A stretch of 64,000 bases of DNA, taken from an uncultured Gammaproteobacteria bacterium. GTDB taxonomy: Bacteria; Pseudomonadota; Gammaproteobacteria; Steroidobacterales; Woeseiaceae. The DNA is taken from assembly GCA_937899415.1 (NCBI GenBank), contig CALBPI010000069.1, forward strand, positions 4,280 to 68,279, given 5' to 3'. The notes beneath the pieces are model-generated. The model worked only from the letters and a program-made list of their open reading frames with translations. It searched no databases and had not been told where the DNA came from. Below, piece by piece: positions 18,105-25,877 of the stretch (its first letter is position 1; every line of letters starts with the position of its first letter). The position numbers and the translations under genes are program-made.

Positions 18105-21100
18105 CTACTCCTGCCACACGGGTACGCGCCCCGGCGTGTGGGGCGAGCCCATGCGTTCCAGAGTTTCCTCGAGCGCCGTGAGGTCACGCTCGATGCCACG
18201 CAAGTCCGTCAGCGCCGAGCGGAAGGCGCTGGCCGCCATTGCGTAGGAGGACTCGTACATCTCGGGCACATCGGAACGCACATTGAGCAGCAGCCCGTAG
18301 ACGGCACCCGCACGCCGGGAGATCGACCAAGGCGTGGCCTCGTTGCGCGACGCCACCGTACGGTCGCCATTCAGCGCGACGACGAGGTCATCGAGGCGCG
18401 TCTTGATCTGACGCAGACGTTGCTCGTGCGACTCGTCGGCCGCCGGCGTATCCGTCAGCGCCGCCTTGAGGTGCGTGATGCGCGTGTTGAGCTCGCCCGT
18501 TAGCGCGCTGGCACCGGCCACCGCGCGGTAGAGCTCCCCGGCTTTGCGCTGGAACGCGGTAACGGCGCTGAGGTCCAGGCTCGTTTCCTTGCCCTGCGGC
18601 ATCGACTTGACCGTGAACGTCTTCGGCCCTGCAACCTCCTCAAGCGCGCCGTTCTGGCGAACCGCCAGGCTCACGGTGTACTCGCCGGGCGCTGCCAGCG
18701 GACCCTGCGGCGGTGAGGCCCAGGGCACCGAGACCGGTGTCGACAAGTCGACGGGATCGGTCGGCGGGTAGCGCAGGTCCCAGGCTGTGCGATGCACACC
18801 GGCGCCCGTTTTGCCGGCAACGCGACGCACGACATTACCGTCTGTGTCGCGAACGATCAGCATCACGGCCGGGTCTTCCTCGCGATCCTCGGCGCGCAGC
18901 GCCTCCCAGGAGGGGTACGGCGTACCGCCACCTTCCTTCTCGATCTCAATCTCCGCCTTGCGGCGCGTCTTGCTGGCGGACTCCAGGCCTTTCTCGAGGC
19001 GGTACGTAAACACGGCGCCGAACGGCGGGTTGTCGGCGTTGTAGTGCGTCGCACCGAAGAAGCCCTTCACGCCGTAACCGATGTTGTCACCGACGACGTA
19101 AGACCAGGCATCACGCACGTCGAACAGATGCTGTGCTTCGAGATCGCCGGCTGCCGTGCGCAGCGGTGTGTAGTCGTCGAGGATGTAGATGCCGCGCCCA
19201 AAGGTGCCGACCACGAGATCGTTCTCTCGTCGCTGGATTTCGATGTCGCGCACAGCGATTGTCGGGAAGTTACCCTTGAGCTGGTGCCAGGCATCACCAC
19301 CGTCCTGCGAAAAGAACACACCGAACTCGGTGCCGACGAACAACAGATCGGCGTCGACATGGTCCTGCACGATCGTGTGCGCCGAACCCCACTCGGGCAG
19401 GTTGTTCGAGATCAGCGACCAGCTGCGCCCCCGGTTCTCGGTCTTGAGCACGTAAGGCTTGTAGTCGCCACGCTTGTGGTTGTCGATGGTGGCGTAGGCG
19501 ACATCGGGGTCGTGCAGCGAAGCGACGACATCTTCGATGAGCGACATGTCGGGCACGCCGCGGAACGAATCGACGCGACGCCAGGTTTCGCCACCGTCTT
19601 CGGTGACGTTCATGACGCCATCATCGGTGCCCACGTAAATCAGGCCCTCGCTGAGCTCGCTCTCCGAAAGCGCAATCGCTGCGCCATAGATCGACGTAGA
19701 GTTGTTCTTGGCGATCGTGTCCACGCTCCAGACGCGGCCCATGACCTCAAGCGCATTGCGGTCGAGCTGTCGCGTCAGATCCGGGCTCACGGCTCGCCAG
19801 CTGTTGCCGCGGTCATCCGAGCGGAAGAGCTTTTCCGCAGCGTAGTAAATCCGCTTGCTGTTGTGCGGGCTGACGATCAGCGGCGTGTTCCAGTTCCACT
19901 TGTAGGCGTTTTCGCCATCGGCCGGGTGCGGCGCGATGAACACGCGCTCGCCACTGGTTCTGTCGTAGCGGGCGAGGCCACCGTACTGGTACTGCGTGTA
20001 GATGATATTCGGGTCTTCGGGGTCGAACTGCGGCTCATAGCCGTCGCCACCGAGGATCAGCGTCCAGTCGGCATTCGTGATGCCGTGGCGCATCGTCGTG
20101 CGCGAGGGACCGCAGAGCGAGTTGTTGTCCTGCGTACCGCCACAGACGTTGTAGAACGGCTCCGAGTAGTCGGGCTGTATGCGGTAGAACTGGGCAATAG
20201 GCAGGTTCGCGATCCAGCGCCAGTTCGCACCGTCGTCGTAGGTGTCGTAAATGCCACCGTCACCTCCGATCACGAGATGCGACGGCTCGTCGGGGTCAAT
20301 CCAGAGCGCGTGGTCATCCACGTGACGGTGGTCGCCGCCGTAGCGTGACCACGTTGAACCGCCGTCGACCGACACGTGCGTAAACGTATCGACCGAGAAC
20401 ACGCGGTCGGGATTCGTCGGATCCACAACCAGCTCGTTGTAGTACTGCGGGCTCGAGGTCATGTGGCCCGAGCGCTTATCCCAGGTCAGGCCGAAGTCAT
20501 CGGAGCGGTAGATGCCCTGCTCGTCTGACTTGGCCTCAATGATCGCGTAGACGCGGTCCGCATCACCCGGTGCGCCCGCAAGACCGATGCGACCCATGTT
20601 GTCCTTGGGCAGGCCCGATGAGATTTCGGTCCAGGTCTCACCGCCATCTGCGCTGCGGTGGATGCCGCTGCCGGGTCCGCCGTTGATGAGCGTCCAGACA
20701 TGGCGGCGGCGCTGGTAGCTCGAGGCCACGATGCGGCTGCTGTCGCGCGGGTCGACGACGAACTCGTTGATGCCCGTGTCGGCATCGACAGAGAGGATCT
20801 GCGTCCAGTTCTCGCCACCGTCCGTGGTCTTGTAAAGGCCGCGGTCGCCGCCCGAATTCCAGAGCGGGCCCTGGGCCGCGACGAGCACGGTGTCGCCGTC
20901 CTCGGGGTCGATCCAGATCTGGCTGATATGGCCCGAGTTCTTGAGCCCAACGTTGGACCAGCTCGCGCCGCCATCAAGCGACTTGTAGACGCCGTCGCCG
21001 TAACCCACGCTGCGCTGCGCGTTGTTCTCGCCCGAGCCGACCCACACCGTGTTGGGGTTGGAAGGATCCAGCTCAACGACGCCCAGCGCGTAGCTGCCTT

Positions 21101-21353
21101 CGCCGTCAAACAACGGCTTCCAGGTCGTGCCGTTGTTCTCTGTCTTGAACAAACCGCCCGAGGCGACCGACGCGTAGTACACGCTCTTGTTGTCGGGGTG
21201 GAACGCAAAGTCCGAGATGCGCCCTGAGATTACTGCAGGACCCATCGTGCGCAGCGGCAGGCTGGCCAGCGGGTGTTTGTCGTCAGCCAGCGCCGGCGTC
21301 GGAGTCGCTGTCACAAGCGTGCAGGCGAGCAGCACAGAGATCAAACGAGTCAT
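18105..21353 (-). CDS. Sortilin/VPS10-like BNR (Asp-box) repeat protein, secreted
   Basis: It carries repeated Asp-box motifs: FKTENNGTTW, YKSLDGGASW, YKTTDGGENW, HRSADGGETW, YRSDDFGLTW and SVDGGSTW. I chose the internal start MTRLISVLLACTLVTATPTPALA (signal peptide) at 21353, which has an AAGGA RBS. The track ORF extends to 21512. Confidence 0.85.
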   Translation of the reverse strand: MTRLISVLLACTLVTATPTPALADDKHPLASLPLRTMGPAVISGRISDFAFHPDNKSVYYASVASGGLFKTENNGTTWKPLFDGEGSYALGVVELDPSNPNTVWVGSGENNAQRSVGYGDGVYKSLDGGASWSNVGLKNSGHISQIWIDPEDGDTVLVAAQGPLWNSGGDRGLYKTTDGGENWTQILSVDADTGINEFVVDPRDSSRIVASSYQRRRHVWTLINGGPGSGIHRSADGGETWTEISSGLPKDNMGRIGLAGAPGDADRVYAIIEAKSDEQGIYRSDDFGLTWDKRSGHMTSSPQYYNELVVDPTNPDRVFSVDTFTHVSVDGGSTWSRYGGDHRHVDDHALWIDPDEPSHLVIGGDGGIYDTYDDGANWRWIANLPIAQFYRIQPDYSEPFYNVCGGTQDNNSLCGPSRTTMRHGITNADWTLILGGDGYEPQFDPEDPNIIYTQYQYGGLARYDRTSGERVFIAPHPADGENAYKWNWNTPLIVSPHNSKRIYYAAEKLFRSDDRGNSWRAVSPDLTRQLDRNALEVMGRVWSVDTIAKNNSTSIYGAAIALSESELSEGLIYVGTDDGVMNVTEDGGETWRRVDSFRGVPDMSLIEDVVASLHDPDVAYATIDNHKRGDYKPYVLKTENRGRSWSLISNNLPEWGSAHTIVQDHVDADLLFVGTEFGVFFSQDGGDAWHQLKGNFPTIAVRDIEIQRRENDLVVGTFGRGIYILDDYTPLRTAAGDLEAQHLFDVRDAWSYVVGDNIGYGVKGFFGATHYNADNPPFGAVFTYRLEKGLESASKTRRKAEIEIEKEGGGTPYPSWEALRAEDREEDPAVMLIVRDTDGNVVRRVAGKTGAGVHRTAWDLRYPPTDPVDLSTPVSVPWASPPQGPLAAPGEYTVSLAVRQNGALEEVAGPKTFTVKSMPQGKETSLDLSAVTAFQRKAGELYRAVAGASALTGELNTRITHLKAALTDTPAADESHEQRLRQIKTRLDDLVVALNGDRTVASRNEATPWSISRRAGAVYGLLLNVRSDVPEMYESSYAMAASAFRSALTDLRGIERDLTALEETLERMGSPHTPGRVPVWQE

Positions 21354-21382
21354 GGTGTGTCCTTTATCTTTGTTTTCAGAGC

Positions 21383-22312
21383 TTAGGCCTGGACTGCACG
21401 CCACGCCGCGAGAATCTCGCCAGGTGCCGCACTCCAGACCTTGCCGGATTGCGTGATGTATTCGAGTACGCGTTCGAGCGCACGGATTCGGTGTGGTTGC
21501 CCCAGCATCCAAGGGTGAATATTGAGCGCCAGCAGGCGTCCGCCACCCGTGGCTTCGGCTTCGCCGATGAGGAAGTCGCAGGCGTCCTCAACCTGTTCAG
21601 CCCATTCGAGCTCGGCGTGGCCGTTGTCCGTGATGACGAAGCGGTCTTCGAGCTCTGTCGACAACGGCATCGCCGTAAGCTCGCCCGCGGCGGTGCGGAA
21701 CGGAAACGGCAGGTCGTCGTTGATCCAGTCGCACATGAATTCAACGCCATGCTCCACGAGCAACGCGGGTGTGTTCTCGCTCTGGCTCTTGGCCGGGCTC
21801 AGCCAGCCTTTGATCGACTGTCCGGACGCGCCGCGCAGCACGTCGAGCGACCGCGCGATACGCTTGCGCTCTTCGGCCGCGTCCAAACCACCGTAATGCA
21901 GGCTGTCCATGTCCCAGCCGTGACAGAGCAGCTCATGGCCACGATCGACCACACGCTGCAGCAAGTAGGGCGTGCGTTCGGCAAGCCGGGCACTCATGGC
22001 GACGCTGGCGGTAACGCCGAACGCGTCGAGCGCCTTGAAGATCCGAAAAACACCGACTCGGTTGCCGTAGTCGCGCAGCGTGAAGTGACGCAGGTCCGGG
22101 TAGGCCGTGACCATGCCGCCCGGCGGCGGGAACGGTTTGCCTTTCTGGTCGAGCGGGAAGAACTGCAACGCGACGTTCACCCAGAGCGCCAGCGGCTTGT
22201 TGCCGGGCCAGGTGACGGGCGCGCGATCGGCGAGCATCGACCAGTCGTAGTGGTCGTGGTCCATACCGTAGCCACGGCGCGCGTACTTGAGGTAGTCGCC
22301 GTCGAGACTCAT
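21383..22312 (-). CDS. Polysaccharide deacetylase-family protein (PuuE/CE4-like)
   Basis: It resembles the PuuE-type allantoinase/deacetylase fold (YGNRVGVFRIFKALDAFGV, ELLCHGWDM, AEERKRI). It is a paralog of the upstream gene, with an ATGA overlap. Confidence 0.75.
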   Translation of the reverse strand: MSLDGDYLKYARRGYGMDHDHYDWSMLADRAPVTWPGNKPLALWVNVALQFFPLDQKGKPFPPPGGMVTAYPDLRHFTLRDYGNRVGVFRIFKALDAFGVTASVAMSARLAERTPYLLQRVVDRGHELLCHGWDMDSLHYGGLDAAEERKRIARSLDVLRGASGQSIKGWLSPAKSQSENTPALLVEHGVEFMCDWINDDLPFPFRTAAGELTAMPLSTELEDRFVITDNGHAELEWAEQVEDACDFLIGEAEATGGGRLLALNIHPWMLGQPHRIRALERVLEYITQSGKVWSAAPGEILAAWRAVQA

Positions 22313-23226
22313 GACGTCGCGCCCCGCGCCTCAATGTCGGCAACGGCCGCATCGTAGTGATTCGCAATCCAGTGCTCGGCGATCTCGCGCCCCGTGGTCA
22401 CCCAGACATCGCTGTGGCCCGTGATGTACTCGAGCGCCTCCTCGAAGGCACGCAGCCGGTGCGGGTGCGACACCTGATAGGCATGCAACGGAATGCACAT
22501 GACGACGGGGTTGTCGGCGCCCTCGGCGTAGAGCCGGTCGAAGTTGGCCTTGAGCATCTCGCCGTAACGGCGTGGCTCAATCTTGTTGGCCACATAGACG
22601 ATCGTGTCGTTCATCTCCAGCGAGTACGGCACCGAGATGAACTTCTCACCCGAACGCACGCGAACCGGCGTCGGTTGATCATCGTGAAACAAGTCGCAGG
22701 TGTAGATACCGCCGGCTTCTGCGAACAGGTCGAGCGTGTGCTCGGTGTGCGTCAGCGCGGGCGCCAGGTAGCCGGCACAAGGCTTGCCGGTGTGCTCAAG
22801 GATCGTGGCCATGGCGGCCTCGATGACCTCACGCTCCTGCGCCTCGCTCATGCCGTAGACGTAGCGCGTGTTGTAGATGCCGTGGCTGAAGAATTCCCAG
22901 TCACGATCGCGACACATGGCGATGATCTCGGGGTGGTGGTCGCAAAGCGCCGTCGACAGTGAGATCGAACCGCGCACACCGTACTTGTCGAGCAGGTTCA
23001 TGAGGCGCATGTGGCCGACGCGGTTACCGTAGTCGCGTGTGGCGTAGCCGTGCACGTCGGGCACGGGTTTGGGCCAGGCTTTGCGGTGCGGGTTTACAGC
23101 CGGGTCGAGCTCGTAGAACTCGATGTTGGGGGCGACCCAGAACGCGACGCGCGCGCCACCGGGCCAGCTGATCTTCGGCCGATCCTCATAGGGCCAGTAG
23201 TGATACAGGCCTGGGTCTGAGCGCAT
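22309..23226 (-). CDS. Polysaccharide deacetylase-family protein (PuuE/CE4-like)
   Basis: Motifs YGNRVGHMRLMNLLDKYGV, EFFSHGIYN and SEAQEREVI are collinear with PuuE-like enzymes and with the downstream paralog. Confidence 0.75.
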   Translation of the reverse strand: MRSDPGLYHYWPYEDRPKISWPGGARVAFWVAPNIEFYELDPAVNPHRKAWPKPVPDVHGYATRDYGNRVGHMRLMNLLDKYGVRGSISLSTALCDHHPEIIAMCRDRDWEFFSHGIYNTRYVYGMSEAQEREVIEAAMATILEHTGKPCAGYLAPALTHTEHTLDLFAEAGGIYTCDLFHDDQPTPVRVRSGEKFISVPYSLEMNDTIVYVANKIEPRRYGEMLKANFDRLYAEGADNPVVMCIPLHAYQVSHPHRLRAFEEALEYITGHSDVWVTTGREIAEHWIANHYDAAVADIEARGATS

Positions 23227-23261
23227 AGACGTCCCCCAAAAATGCGCGCAACGTGAACGGG

Positions 23262-23966
23262 TTAGAACGGGCTGCCGCGAGCCTCGCGAATCGGTTGGCA
23301 GCCCGGGTGCTGTTTCAACCAGGCCTCAACAGCGGCGATGTCCTCGACATCCGCGTACTTGAGCATCATGTCACAGAGGTTCGCGAAGTGCGGGATCTCG
23401 TGTTTGTCGGCCACGCACTCCTCGGGAATGATCGTGCGGTAGCCGTGTGACAGCGAGGCGACGCAGGACGCGCGCACGCAGCCAGAGGTGCTGCCGCCCG
23501 TCAGGATCACGGTGTCCACCTTGTGCCAGACGAGCAGCGACGGGATCAGCGTGTCGTGAAACACGCTGGCCATGCGTTTGTTGATGACGGCGTCGCGGGC
23601 GCGGTCGATCTCGAGCCGCGGGTCGAGCTCGGACCGCTCCGAGTCTTCGCGAATATTCTGCAACGAATCCGGCGTGTTGGTGCGCGTACCCCAGGCGCCC
23701 GCGTCGTCGGCGCTGTCCATGTAGGCCACGTAGGTCCAGATAACCGGCATGTTTTTGGACCGCGCCAGCGCCGACAGCCGGTTGATGTAGTCCAGCTGGT
23801 TCGGGTCGGTCTGGTAGGCCGTCTTGAAGGTCTCGGTGTCGGTGTAGGCACGCTGCAGATCGATATTGATGATCGCGGCCTTCTCACCAAAGCCGAACTT
23901 GGCCCGGTTCGGGTTGCGCTTGATCTCGGCCCAGTACTCACGGGGCGTCAGGTCAGAGGTTTGCAT
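23262..23966 (-). CDS. Isochorismatase-family cysteine hydrolase
   Basis: AAIINIDLQRAY, VDTVILTGGSTSGCVRAS (catalytic Cys context) and the ~230-aa size are typical of isochorismatase and N-carbamoylsarcosine amidase-like hydrolases. Confidence 0.8.
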   Translation of the reverse strand: MQTSDLTPREYWAEIKRNPNRAKFGFGEKAAIINIDLQRAYTDTETFKTAYQTDPNQLDYINRLSALARSKNMPVIWTYVAYMDSADDAGAWGTRTNTPDSLQNIREDSERSELDPRLEIDRARDAVINKRMASVFHDTLIPSLLVWHKVDTVILTGGSTSGCVRASCVASLSHGYRTIIPEECVADKHEIPHFANLCDMMLKYADVEDIAAVEAWLKQHPGCQPIREARGSPF

Positions 23967-24209
23967 CGCAGACTCGGTGGCTCCCAGCGGGTCGCGCGGC
24001 CGGCAGGCCTGCGCGCGGTCTGTGGATGGTACTGATCGGCGCGGATTTTTTCAGCCACAGCACCGATTGGCGCAATTCACACGCTCATTACCACGCAGAG
24101 CCACATTGCCGGGGCGGATAGTCGATGTTGACGGCGCGGGACTCGGAGAACGGTCCGCGACGCCAATACCTTGAGCATCACCACCCAGACGAAACCAAGG
24201 AGAAGGGCG

Positions 24210-25142
24210 ATGACAACGAAACGACAATTCTCGCATCGAGTAATCACTCTGCTTGCGGCAGCCTGCGCCGTCATGGCCTCGGCAAGCGGCTACGCCGGCG
24301 GCGGCACCATCAATAGCTGGGGGCCCAGCGCGCCGCTCGAGCGCGCCGACGGCTCGCAGGTTCCAGGTGGCTGCCCGATCGAATCCGCGGCGGGCAAGTT
24401 CCTGTTTGTGGCCAAGAACCCGACGGGCAGCAATATCGACATCTACGTGAACTCGCGCACGAGCCTCGACGCGCCGTTCGAAGGCGACGACATCCTGGCG
24501 CCTGTGATCAGCGACCCGGGCGCCAATGACTTTTGCCCCACGCCACTGCGCGACGGGCTCTTGTACTTTGTGTCGACGCGCACACTCGAAGCGCCCGATG
24601 CCGCCTGCGGCGGCGCGGACATCTACTGGTCCGTGAACAATCCGGCCACGGGCTACGATGAGCCGACACACCTCGCCTGCCACCCGCACGGGCCCAACAC
24701 CCCGGGCGCGGAGTTCAGCCCGTCTGTCATCGAGTCGCTTTGGGGTACCTTCCTGTTCTACTCGTCGGACTACCTGACGGGCAACCAGGATATCTACGTG
24801 AGCACCCTGCGCGCCGACGGCACGTTTGGCCCCGGTCACAGGCTCGGCTACCCCATCAACACCGAGTACGACGACAAGCAGCCCAACGTGAGCCCCGACG
24901 GACGCGAAATCGTGTTCGCGTCAAACCGACCGGGCGCCAACGGCGTCGATTCGGCGTTCGACATCTACACGGCCAACCGTCGCGTGCAGTTTTTTCCCTG
25001 GACAGAGGTCGTCAATCTGAGCGAAACGGTTCCATTCGACTCAGAGCCCGCGGACGAGTCGCGGCCCTCGTTCTCGTGGGATGGCACCCGCATGGTCTAC
25101 GGCAGTGGCGGTGTGTGGCTCAGCGAGCGACGCCGGCGCTAG
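24210..25142 (+). CDS. Secreted TolB-like beta-propeller (PD40 repeat) protein
   Basis: I chose the start MTTKRQFSHRVITLLAAACAVMASASG (signal peptide) at 24210, after AAGGAGAAGGG. PD40-like repeats are DIYVNSR, QDIYVSTLRADG, PNVSPDGREIVFASNR and FDIYTANR. Confidence 0.7.
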   Translation: MTTKRQFSHRVITLLAAACAVMASASGYAGGGTINSWGPSAPLERADGSQVPGGCPIESAAGKFLFVAKNPTGSNIDIYVNSRTSLDAPFEGDDILAPVISDPGANDFCPTPLRDGLLYFVSTRTLEAPDAACGGADIYWSVNNPATGYDEPTHLACHPHGPNTPGAEFSPSVIESLWGTFLFYSSDYLTGNQDIYVSTLRADGTFGPGHRLGYPINTEYDDKQPNVSPDGREIVFASNRPGANGVDSAFDIYTANRRVQFFPWTEVVNLSETVPFDSEPADESRPSFSWDGTRMVYGSGGVWLSERRRR

Positions 25143-25151
25143 CGGGCAGCA

Positions 25152-25188
25152 CACCGACTCGTGGTGCGCGCGGCATCACGAGTCGGTG
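25152..25188. terminator. 12-bp perfect hairpin between convergent genes (possible terminator, no U-tract)
   Basis: CACCGACTCGTG, a 13-nt loop, then CACGAGTCGGTG. It sits between the stop of the TolB-like gene (25142) and the stop of the ECF sigma gene (25229). No T-run follows on either strand. Confidence 0.4.
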
Positions 25189-25228
25189 GCTCTGCGGTCG
25201 AAGGAGGGCGGTCCTGCGGATGCTACGG

Positions 25229-25804
25229 TTACAGCGCCGCGCCGTCCCCGTCATTCATGAGCTTTTTGAGCCAGATGCGTGCGAGCTTAAATTCGCGGCG
25301 CACCGTCGACTCCGAGGTCTCGAGTACGTCACCAATCTCGGGCTGCGTGAGCCCGCCGAAATAGTGCAGCTCAAGTACGGTTGCTTTGCGCGCGTCCTGC
25401 TCGGAGAGCCTGTTGAGTGCCTCGTCGAGTGCGAGCACGTCCTCTTCGGCGTCCTGCGCCCCATGCACGGCGTCATTGAGCGTTACACGCAGCGCGCCGC
25501 CGCCGCGTTTCTGTGCGACACGGCTGTTGGCGTGGTTCACGAGCAGCCGGCGCATCATGCGTGCCGCCAGTGCAAAGAAGTGCCCCCGGTCCTGCCATTC
25601 CACATCGACCCCGACGAGCTTTTCGTAGGCCTCGTGCACGAGCGCCGTGGGCTGCAGCGTCTGCCGCGCGCTTTCGCGTCGGAACACGTTGCGCGCAATC
25701 CGCTTAAGCTCGTCGTAGATCAGCGGCGCAACCGCATCGCGCGCACCCTCGTCGCCGTCCGCCCAGCGATTGAGCAGCAACGTGATGTCTTCTGCATCAG
25801 ACAT
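25229..25804 (-). CDS. ECF sigma factor, TIGR02999/ECF43-like (Ser/Thr-kinase-associated type)
   Basis: The N-terminus ITLLLNRWADGDEGARDAVAPLIYDELKRIA, the motif TLQPTALVHEAYEKL and the region-4 helix-turn-helix LHYFGGLTQPEIGDVLETSESTVRREFKLARIWL are characteristic. It lies immediately downstream of a Ser/Thr kinase. Confidence 0.9.
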   Translation of the reverse strand: MSDAEDITLLLNRWADGDEGARDAVAPLIYDELKRIARNVFRRESARQTLQPTALVHEAYEKLVGVDVEWQDRGHFFALAARMMRRLLVNHANSRVAQKRGGGALRVTLNDAVHGAQDAEEDVLALDEALNRLSEQDARKATVLELHYFGGLTQPEIGDVLETSESTVRREFKLARIWLKKLMNDGDGAAL

Positions 25805-25877
25805 GCAGGGATCGTAGCAAACCCCTTGCAGCGGGCACCGTCGACCGTGTCACGCGCACCGAAGCACGCGCGACGCG

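Noticed and set aside
18792-20348. A 518-aa plus-strand ORF antisense to the BNR/sortilin gene. Similar ORFs are 53095-54513 (minus), 59729-60589 (plus), 57575-58837 (plus), 24051-24839 (minus) and 35186-35950 (minus).
   Set aside because: All are embedded antisense or out of frame within genes that have strong family motifs. None has a recognisable domain. Their composition (Arg/Ala/Val/Gly) is what GC-rich non-coding frames produce.
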